Shown here in pieces: positions 53,900-64,000 of a DNA stretch of 64,000 nucleotides. A program made the position numbers and the translations under genes. Below the pieces are notes generated by a model. The model did not search any database. It was not told the origin of the DNA and saw nothing but the letters and a program-made list of their open reading frames with translations. Every line of letters begins with the position of its first letter. Position 1 is the stretch's first letter. Source of the stretch: Octopus sinensis (Eukaryota); contig NC_043006.1 in the NCBI RefSeq assembly GCF_006345805.1, forward strand, positions 87,668,001 to 87,732,000. Direction: 5' to 3'.

Positions 53900-54120
53900 A
53901 CACACACATATATGTTTGTGTATTTATGTATATATTTGTGTGTGTGTGTATATATATATATGTGTGTGTATGTATATATATATATGTGTGTATGTATATG
54001 TATGTGTGTATGTATATGTGTGTGTATATGTATATGTGTGTGTATATGTATATGTGTGTGCATATGTATGCATGCACATACACACGTGTGTGTATGTATG
54101 TATATGCTTGTATGTATGTA
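53900..54120. repeat. Compound (TG)/(TA)/TATG microsatellite
   Basis: Direct inspection. Confidence 0.9.
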
Positions 54121-56904
54121 AAAAAGGAGCATTAATCTAACAGAGAATAGACACCACTTATACCTTCCATTTGGGTAATTGGATAGGAGAAATAAAATCC
54201 CCAGATGTCCTACATGTATCAATGATTACAATTTCGAATATAAATCCTATATCTGTGTTAGTGTAATAAAATCTAAAAGTGTGTCTCCGTAATCTGTTTT
54301 AGAGTGGGCATATATATATATATATATATATATATAAATGAGTGGAATCAAACTGTGCGGTATATGGGTTGTGTCATCATACTTTTCAGAGAGTTCAAAT
54401 TTATCTTTTATCCTTCTGAAGTCAATTGTATTAGAAGCAGCAATATTCTGAACTAATATATTAGGGTAATATATTGGAGTTTATATGTGCTGAAGTGAAT
54501 CAATATGCTGAACCTGCCACATACTCATTTAAAAATATGGATTTATTCCAGGGAAAGGCAGTAATATTCATACAATGATAGTATTAGAATCTAGCAAACA
54601 TTCCATGGATGAGAAAAATGAAGTTAAAAGTGTATGGTTATTCAAGAGATTTTGCTTCTTTTAAAGAGACTGAGTTGGTACAACATTTGACAAACATCAC
54701 AACTATTAAGGGTAACAACAAAATATTTACAGTTATGTGTATTCATTGTAGGTGCAGGCATGGCTGCATGGTAAGAAACTAGCATCCCAACCACATGGTT
54801 CTGGATTCAGATCCACTGAGTGGAACCTTGGGCAGGTGTCTTCCACTGTAGCCTTACGAGTGGATTTGTTAGATGGAAATTGAACTAAGCCCATCGTATA
54901 TATGTGTGTGTGTGTCCATCTGCACTACTTGACAGCTGGTGTTGGTGTATTTACATCCCAGAAACTTAGCAGTTCAACAAAAGAGACCAACAAAATAAAT
55001 ACAAGGATTAAAAAAAAAGTACTGGGGGTCGATTCATTCAACTAAAAGTTCTTCAAGGCTCTCCCCCAGCATGACTGAAACAAGTAAAAGATGAAAGATA
55101 AATGATAATCTACTTAATTGCTTTAAAAATTGTAATTATGTCATTTTAACGACATAACTACTATTTTTAAGTGACTTCATATTTTCTGAGTATTTTCCAT
55201 GTAATTTTATACTTTAATTTATAAAATACTTTGTTTACCCTAATATTTAAGTTACCATATTGTTTGCTCACCTAAGACATACTTTTAAAAAGATAGGTTA
55301 ATCATGATTGGAATGTCTTTCATCATAGTTTTGCTCAATCAAAGCTAACTTGAGCTAAACAACAGTTTTATGATTCTATGGGTTTATTAAGGCTTCTATG
55401 GGTTTTATTAAAGCTTCTATGGGTTTATTAAACCTGCTGGACATAACAGACAAATCTACCTCTTATCACAAATCAAATCTACCATCTCTGAAAAGGAGAA
55501 GACCAAACATCAGACAATATAGTCTTAGATACACTGCAACTGTGAAAATGATAGAATGGCCATGGCTGAAAAAAATTTAATGCATCTGGGATTAACACAG
55601 CTGAAATACTTTTAATGATAAGTAGCTGCTGAACAACAATTTTATGCTTACAATAAGTCGATGAAGATATTATTGTGGAGTCCCTTGAGATGCTAGAAAT
55701 AACAGCCAAACCTGCCTCAAATTATATTCTACCATCTAAAGAAAGGAACTAGCATAATATAATGATAGTCAGAGACACAGTGTGTATTTTGTGCATAATG
55801 ACAAAAAGGTCCTGGGTCTGCATATTCAGAGCCCTAGGACTACAGCACCCTGGGTAAGTGCATTCTCTGTCTCTGGTCCACCAAAACATGGTCAGTGAAA
55901 TTTGGTAAACAAAATCTGTGTGAAAGCCCATCAGAGTAACTGTTCTTTGCTTTGGGTACTTGACTTAATCTACTTGTCTTGTTGAACACCACTACCTGAC
56001 CTTGAATGTTTTTAGCAGATTCCTGTGTTGCTGGACCGCAACCATGTTAGAGCGCTACCTTGAAGTACTTCAGCCAATCAAATCAACCCCAGTACTTGTT
56101 CAAAGTTTTGTACTAAGTTTAATGGTCTCTGTTTTGCCAAACTAGTAAGATATAAGAACGTCTAGATTTCTACACTGTTTTTCAAGCAGTGAGGGACAAG
56201 CACAAACATGCTCACACAGGCATTTGTGAACACATTCGCAATAGCCTTTCAACAGTTTCAAACTCACAGGGCATTGGTCAGCTTGTGACTGAAGTAGAAG
56301 ACATTTACCTAACATATCACATAGTGGACTGAACCCGAAACATAGACAACATCCTAATGCATCCTTGTGATCCGGAGATAATTAGCATTTATAAGTTTAA
56401 AAGATATGTTTGTATTGAGATAAAGTTTGCCTAAAAAACTTCAAGATTTTAGACATTGTTTTATATCAATTTTTATTAAATATCATTTAACAATGCTTTA
56501 ATTATGTTTGTGTTATCCAACTCAAACGGGGTGAGTCTATGAAAAATATTACCTCTTGTTTTTATATGAATAAAAGCTCAGATTTTAGTTGCGAAGTAGA
56601 AACAAGAATGCACCAGAGGAACTCAAGGATATCCCATATTATATAAATACTCTTATTTCTGTTTGATGTATAAATTTATAAATTTTCAAAACATTGATCA
56701 ATTATGTTAAAAATTTCAATTACATCTTCAATTTTGTTCCCTACTTCACATGGGCAACACATTAAACTGTATCCTCTGGTGAGGCTCCAGCTCAAGAATT
56801 CAGAAGTTTTAGAGAATTTAGTGTTACTCTTCACACCACTAATTTCAGGTCTGTTCTGGCCTTGGATGGTAATGCGTGTCAAGAGGCCCCAGTTATGTAC
56901 CAAA

Positions 56905-57011
56905 CAGCAGAAACATTGTATTAACAACAAACAAGATGAGGACAAATATCCGTCAAATGTAAATAATGTAAATAATGTACTTAATTACTCATCTCTTAAA
57001 TATAGAACTGA
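56905..57011 (+). mobile_element. 3' fragment of the 49810-50302 HHR element family
   Basis: CAGCAGAAACATTGTATTAACAACAAACAAGATGAGG...CTCATCTCTTAAATATAGAACTGA matches both arms. Confidence 0.85.
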
Positions 57012-57156
57012 ATTGTTTATCATGTTTTTCATAAGGACATTTCTCACATTAACATAAGTGGCTCCCAAATCAGAATAACACAAGTTCACTAAAATCTTAT
57101 CAGTCTATTACAAAATTGATGACGGCTTTCATGATATATATATAAATATATAAGAT

Positions 57157-57364
57157 AGCAAGCTGGCAAAGTCGTTAGTACACCGGGCGAAAAGCTTAGT
57201 GCTATTTTGTCTGTCTTTACATTCTGAGATCAAATGACACCAGGGTCGACTTTGCCTTTCATCCTTTCGGAGTTGATAAATTAAGTACCAATTACACACT
57301 GGAGTCGATGTAATCGACTAGTCCCCCTCCCCCAAAATGTCAGGTCTTGTGCCTATAGTGGAAA

Positions 57365-57367
<3 letters not shown>
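57157..57367 (+). mobile_element. Family B SINE, full length
   Basis: GCAAGCTGGCAAAGTCGTTAG head ... GGTCTTGTGCCTATAGTGGAAAGGA tail followed by (TA)n. Confidence 0.85.
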
Positions 57368-57418
<51 letters not shown>

Positions 57419-57482
57419 ATACTATATACTTACTATATTTTTACAATATACATATATTTAGTATATTTATATACAACATAGG

Positions 57483-57897
57483 CACAGGAGTGGCTGTGTG
57501 GTAAGTAGCTTGTTTACCAACCACATGGTTCCGAGTTCAGTCCCACTGCGTAGCACCTTGGGCAAGTGTCTTCTACTATAGCCTCGGGCTGAATAAAGCC
57601 TTGTGAGTGGATTTGGTAGACAGAAACTGAAAGAAGCTCGTTGTATATATGTATATATATATGTGTGTGTGTGTTTGTGTGTCTGTGTGTGTTTGTGTAT
57701 CTGTGTTTGTCCCGCCAACATCGCTTGACAACCGATGCTGGTGTGTTTATGTCCCCGTAACTTAGTGGTTCGGCAAAAGAGACCGATAGAATAAGTACTA
57801 GGCTTACAAAGAATAAGTCTTGGGGGTCGATTTCCTCAACTAAAGGTGTTGCTCCAGCATGGCCACAGTCAAATGACTGAAAAGAGTAAAAGAGTAA
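57483..57897 (+). mobile_element. Family A SINE, full length
   Basis: Same as 24620-25017. Confidence 0.85.
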
Positions 57898-59310
57898 CAT
57901 AAGATATTGTCATTGCTTTATATGTCGTTTTTTTTTATTTTCTTGTTTGGTTTTACTATTTAAATTTTAAATGCAAGACACAAAATTTCATTGCATAGAA
58001 TTTTTGTACATCTTGAATATGGGCACAGACATGTTTACGTGGTTAAGAGGTCTGCTTGGCAACTGTGTGGTTTGGGGTTCAATCCTATGTTGTGGCAATA
58101 CATAGGACAATTGTCTCTCATATGAACCCTTGACTTGACCAATAGATTAACTGGAAATTTGGTAGGTGGAAATTGTACAGGAAACCCATCATGTATGTTT
58201 GTGTAAAGCAGTACCAATGCCTTATTGTAATTAAGATCGTACAAATGAGGTAACACTCAGATTTAAATCAGTTAAAGCAGCCATAAAAGAAGATATAAAT
58301 CAAGAAAATGTGTACCATACTACATAATGAGGTTGAAAGAACTGATTAAGACCCTTGACAGCAGGGCAATGTATATAGCTCCAGTCTATAAAATAATACA
58401 CTGAGATAACTATTTATATATTTTTTTTTTGCTTTTATTATTTTTAGCTAACTTCAATGTCTTAAATACATAACGCATAATCATTTTTTTAAAACTTGTA
58501 CTTTCCATTTCAATAAATTTTCCACGGCAATACAAAGAAAATACGCAATGTTCATCACTGTAGTTGGTGTCCCTCCAATGCTATTATCATAAACAAATCA
58601 AAAGGTGGTCTTCATTACAAGCTATCTTCAATAATTTTATAATGAATAAACAGTCAGCAACAGAAGCTGCTCTCCAGCATCGCTATGTACCAGATATTTA
58701 ACTGTCTAGCAAGCAATAGAAGAAATAAAACAGAGGAGAAAGTTTGAAAAGGGAGAGAGAGAGATGGAGGGAAGTTATATATAGAGAGAGACAGACAGAC
58801 AGAGAAAGAGAGAGACATATACATATATACCAAAATATCAAAACTACATATTATTTTATTAAATGTAGAAATATAATACAATTAATAAAGAAAAACTTCA
58901 TATAAGCATACAATGTAATTATACACACAGACACACACACGAATATATGATGATGATGATATCTTTATATCTTTTAGTTAAATAAGATTTAGGTTAAAAA
59001 CCTTGTAAAATGCTATGCAAAGCTTGTCCACATTTATTGGCCACCTAATATCATAAAGTGGAAATGCTCCTGCTACTGGATAGAAATCAGGAATTCCATA
59101 GTATCCACAGAATTTATATAAATAGATACATGATAGAAAACTGAATGTACAATGATCTTTATTTAAAAATGTTTCGATACATTTTTATACTTGTAGTACA
59201 TTGATGAGATATGTAATCATTATCATCCACCCAAGGTGTAAAATGTGCCTCCTCAGCTGATTGTTTAAATAAGTCCATTAGATCATTTAACTCGATTTGA
59301 GAATGCATAC

Positions 59311-59354
59311 CCAAAGTGATGTGCCATTTTCAGTAGTTTACAGACGAAACTAAA
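59311..59354 (-). CDS. Candidate 44-nt exon (FSFVCKLLKMAHHFG, possible start codon AAAATGG)
   Basis: Long polypyrimidine tract plus CAG, donor GG|GTATGC. Ends in phase 2, compatible with exon 45780-45933. Confidence 0.3.
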
Positions 59355-60489
59355 CTGATAGATATAGTGACAGACAAAATACAAAAATAAAGAAGTAGAC
59401 AAAAAAATGGTCAGGTTGACTATAAATTACAATTTAGTCTTAATGGTCAGGTTATAAATAAGTCCTAAACAAAATAAAGAATAAAATGAAGAATTAATTT
59501 AAGCATTTAGAGATATAAAGGGATAAAGTGATGATGACTGACCATTTCAGTACTTGTCAACTGCTTCTATTTTTTATGGGGGGAGGGATGATCTAAATTA
59601 CCCTCTGTCTTTTGCAACAAAGCAACTGACTTCATTCTACCCTCAAATAGTCTAAAGTTGATTTATGACAGTCTAATTTTTATATGCTATTCTGAAAAAA
59701 AAAAAAAAAAAATGATAGATATCTTTAACCCTCCCCACCATATATATATAATATATATATATATATATCCTTCCATATATTCACTTATATACACACACAC
59801 ACACATATATATATGTATATACACACATGTATGCTTTTTACTAATATTCTTTCTATTTTCACAGTCTGTATCAATAGCAATATATGTTGAGTTGAAAGTC
59901 TAACCCACATGCAGTGTAATACGTATATTTCCATATATCCACATATGTATATACACATACATGCGCACATATAAAAAAAAACAATACACACATGTATCCA
60001 CCTTTATATGACTATTTATATATTTCTTACATTCTTACTATTATAAGCCAGGAAAGAAATAGTATAATAAAGCAAAATGAAAAAACATATACATATGTCT
60101 ATTTATATATGCACACATACCATTTCTAAAGATATAAATAAGAGAAAGTAAGCTAAAATAAAGATACATGCATATATCTATTTGTATACACACATATATA
60201 CACTTTCTAACTGTTTATAAAAACAGAAATAAATAATAAAATATGATAAAGTTAAATAAAATGAAAGACAATATAATATACAGACATATGAGTAAAATAG
60301 AATATACCTACATATATTCATTTATATATGGACACATATACACTTCTAACAAACATTCTTAGCCTTGGTCCAACCCACATACACGGTAATATATATAGTT
60401 AGGGACTGGGAGTTGAAGCAATTTGCTGTACTTGAGAAGACACATCAAGCTAAGTAAAATCACTTATCATGCATACTGGCTTGTCCTTT

Positions 60490-60724
60490 AACGTGCTGGT
60501 ACCACATAAAATGCACATTGATGCCAGTGCTGCATAAACACACCCATACTGGTGGCATGTGATAGGTACTCAGCACACTCTGTAAAGTGGCTGGTGTTAG
60601 GAAGGGTATCCAGCCTTAAAAACCATGCCACAACAGACAACTGGAGTCTGGACAGCACCCCATTGGCCAGCTCCAGTCGAACTGTCCAACCCATGCCAGC
60701 ATAGAAGATAAACATTAAATGATG

Positions 60725-60726
<2 letters not shown>
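60490..60726 (+). mobile_element. Degenerate RTE-type tail copy
   Basis: TTAGGAAGGGTATCCAGCC...GTCCAACCCATGCCAGCAT...TTAAATGATGAT. Confidence 0.65.
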
Positions 60727-60751
<25 letters not shown>

Positions 60752-60755
<4 letters not shown>

Positions 60756-61580
60756 TACTTGGAGGATAAGAAACGAAATGACACGAGGCGCTCAGTCATA
60801 TAATAACAATTTAATAAATAAGATATATGCATACATACATATATGTACGTACCTACATCTATATGTATATATACATGCATATATATATATAATTACAGGA
60901 CACCACTAATAAATGTAGAACACAACGAGAAACGAAAACATAAAAACTAACAAGGAAACGGACTTTTTTTAACAACGAAAAAACAGAGTACAAGACAAAC
61001 AATACAAGGAATATTCCCCTTCATCAGCTGCCCCTGGTTCGACTCAATGCGTGTTTCGAAGGTAAGGGCAGAACACGATCCGGCCGAAGCAGTCCTTCCT
61101 GCAAAATGAATTAAATAAAATTCCTTTGCAGAGGGGTAAAACAAGGAAAAAAAAAGTGACAAGAACAGGACGTAAAAGCAATACGAATGAAAATACAGTA
61201 CACATAAAGAATAAAAACAGGACAATGAAACCAACATTGAGGGCTTTTTTAAGCCTAGACGGTGGAAAAATTCGTTGGAGTGCAATTCAGAATCGACTTG
61301 CCAGAGACAGAAAAAGTCAATGTTGACTTGTTGAAAGCTATGAGCAAAAGAAAGTTAGTAGTCCACTCAGCAGTGAGAGAGAGAAGGGAGTGGGAGAGAG
61401 AGAGATAGAGAGGAAAGGAAACCAGAAAGGGTGAAAAATAAGGAGAGAGACAGGTAGAGAGGAAGACAGACAGGAAGGAAGGAAAGGTCAAGTAAAGGGT
61501 TAGAGAGTGTGCGTCATAATTATATATAAAAACTTACTTGGAGGATAAGAAACGAAATGACGCGAGGCGCTCAGTCATAT
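60752..61580 (-). mobile_element. ~830-bp element bounded by ~50-bp direct repeats (possibly PLE-derived)
   Basis: AAACTTACTTGGAGGATAAGAAACGAAATGAC(A/G)CGAGGCGCTCAGTCATA at both ends. Confidence 0.6.
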
Positions 61581-61657
61581 CCATGTATATATACATATAG
61601 ATGTAGTTATGTGCATATATGTATGTATGTATGCATATATTTTATTTATTAAATTGT

Positions 61658-61717
<60 letters not shown>

Positions 61718-62190
61718 GAGAGAGAGATAGATAGATAGATAGATAGATCTAATATAATAAATGTGAAAACTAATGTCACACTTAGACCCCCTTCCTCACT
61801 ATTCATTGACATTCCTACTATTCATCATGATGGGGTGTGAGTAATAGTAGGTATAGAGACAGTGAGGGCAGTGGTGAAGACAGAGAGAGAAAGAAAAAAG
61901 AGGGAGAGAAAGAGAGACAAAGAAATTTAGGGAGAGTTGATGATGTTTTACTAAAAGTAGTAGTGTTGATGGTGGCAGTGGGAGTAATAATAAAAGAGAG
62001 AGAAAGAGTGGGTATGTGAAAGAAAGAGGGAGATGATGTACAATCTTGTTTTACCAAGTCTCTGACAGAAATTCCTGTCATCAACATACTGAACACTATC
62101 ATTTTTGTTTTATTTTTGCTTTCTTTAGTACAAACACACACATACAAAATATGCTTTCATTGAAATAAAGTTTCCCCAAAATTAAACATT

Positions 62191-62820
62191 TCTAATATAA
62201 TAAATGTGGATGTTAGTGTGTCATACTTTTTCAACTTTAATAAATCTTTTCTACTGGAAACACAAGGCCTCAAATTTTGGGGAAAAGGATTAAGTCAATT
62301 ACATCGAACCCTGTATGTAACTGGTACTAATTTTATTGACCCCGAAAGGATGAAAGGAAAAGTTGACTTCAGCAGAAATCGAACTCAAAAGCTAACGGCA
62401 GATGAAATACCACTAAGCATTTCACCAGGCATGTTAGCAATTTTGCCAGCTCACTGCCTTAATATAATATGATAATTTAATATGATATAGTATGTGTCAG
62501 TGTGTCACACTTTTTCAACTTTACCCCTAGCGGCCATAGCTCTACATATAATATAATACTATTCTGGAATCAGGCTGACTCTGTGAGTAGATTAAAAACA
62601 TTTCGGGTTGAACCCAGGCCCACAATCCTGAAATTTTGGATTCCCAATTTTTCATTACAATGATTGTTTTCAGCGATTTTTTTACATGACTTTTCGCAAC
62701 AAATTTTTATGCATGATTTTTTGCAACGAATTTGATCATCATTGGGATACTGACTCTGGAGGAAGCAATTGCAACAAATTCTCCAAAACAAGTCAGAGAT
62801 CTGTTTGCAGATCTTCCCAC
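62191..62820 (+). mobile_element. Helitron remnant interrupted by a family B SINE (62240-62498)
   Basis: TCTAATATAATAAATGTG 5'-end-like motif (also at 61748). Frameshifted DHHWD(T)/TLEEAIATNSPKQVRDLFA resembles the RepHel DD.HW..TL.EA.....P.QLR.LFA motif. Confidence 0.55.
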
Positions 62821-63325
62821 TCAGGGTCAGTTGCTTAAAGGCTATATACAAGGTTTTTACAGCTGGATGCCCTTCCAAATGCCACCCACTTTACAGTGTG
62901 GACTGGATGCTTTTTAAATGGCATCTGTACAAAGTGGAAATATGTGGAAGAGATGTAGTTTGGTTTGTTGTAGTAGGATGTGTGAGAAGATTTCCTGTTA
63001 AGTGTGGGTGGGACACAGTGCTTTTAGAACTCAGTTTCACTGATGTGAGCAGGTCTTCTCAAGAACCTCATATTTATTTCTTTATTGCCCACAGGGGGCT
63101 AAACGTAGAGGGGACAAACAAGGACAGACAAAGGGTTTCACTCGATTACATCGACCCCAGTGCAAAATAGACTGATAGAACAAGTAATAGTCTTACAAAT
63201 AATAAGCCCATGGGTTGATTTGTTTAATTAAACGCAGTGTCCCAGCCTGGCCAGTCAAATGACTGAAATAAGTGAAAAAGGAAGAATAAAAGAATATTTA
63301 TGTATATATCATCATCATCGTCATT

Positions 63326-63365
<40 letters not shown>

Positions 63366-63579
63366 AAATAAGAAAATGGAGAAATACATCGAAATCAAAT
63401 ATCAATTACCAGATAATACTCAATCACATACTTTATTAAACCACCACATAAGAAACTATAAAGTTAAACATAATAATGTAGGGCAAAACAGTGTACATAA
63501 AAGAGTAATGTTATACAATAAGTAGAATATGTATAAGAGAAAATAAATATAAGTACACATAAATATAAATATAGACTAC

Positions 63580-63706
63580 ATCTTACAGCTGTTTCGGCCA
63601 TGTAGATAAGTATGTCTCATTTTACTTATATTAGCCATTTATGGTAGGTCAATATGTAGTTATAAATGAGACATTTACAAAAATATCCTAAGGCCTCTTC
63701 GGAGAT
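63580..63706 (-). ncRNA. Type I hammerhead-like motif with long structured stem II insert and U4C core
   Basis: ATCT-CCGAAGA-GGCC-[~95 nt incl. 11-bp perfect stem]-GGCC-GAAACAGCTGT-A-AGAT. Confidence 0.6.
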
Positions 63707-63949
63707 TATGTGATACAAATCAGATTACATACATACTTATATAGGTGTGGGTACATACCCATAATAAAACATATACATATATATATGAGTGCATATACTC
63801 ATACTCCTATACATATAAATATACATATACATTTATGTATTAACTTTGTTGGGTACTTCACTAGCAGTATATTGGATATATGTTATCCCATGGAGGGTTG
63901 CATTTACAACCCCTATCTCAATTTGTATATATATATATATATGTTTGTG

Positions 63950-64000
63950 TGAAGGTGCATGGCTCAGTGGTTAGAATATCGAGCTTACAATCGTGAAGTT
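63950..64000 (+). mobile_element. tRNA-derived SINE head cut by the window edge
   Basis: GAAGGTGCATGGCTCAGTGGTTAGA A-box. Confidence 0.55.

Noticed and set aside
53848-54222. Many Y/I/C/V/M/H/T-rich ORFs here and at ~8.0, 9.6, 13.4, 27.4 and 47.7 kb
   Set aside because: They are artefacts of (TA)n, (TG)n and TATG repeats.
61010-61075. Type II hammerhead on the minus strand
   Set aside because: The segment between the putative cleavage site and CUGAUGA cannot form stem I (G opposite G), so it is not called as ncRNA.

Overview
AT-rich animal genomic DNA, mostly intronic or intergenic. The repeat families and microsatellite load suggest a coleoid cephalopod such as Octopus; this is an inference from recalled repeat families, not a database result. 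No intact multi-exon gene can be proven, only a few candidate exons. The window contains two near full-length decayed mariner (D,D34D) copies, a mariner derivative made of two inverted left ends, and a Tc2/pogo-like MITE. It also contains a Helitron remnant, RTE, R4/Dong-like and HERO-like LINE 3' fragments, many tRNA-headed SINEs (about 10 in tandem at 37.9-41.2 kb) and microsatellites. The most notable signal is a set of small type I hammerhead-ribozyme (HHR) motifs from at least 5-6 different Penelope-like (PLE) repeat families, often in fold-back arrangements. One HHR sits inside a tRNA-headed (Pol III) element flanked by a 10-bp direct repeat (49810-50302). Another has an approximately 95-nt structured insert in stem II (63580-63706). 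A third lies beside a GIY-YIG endonuclease remnant (8369-9600).
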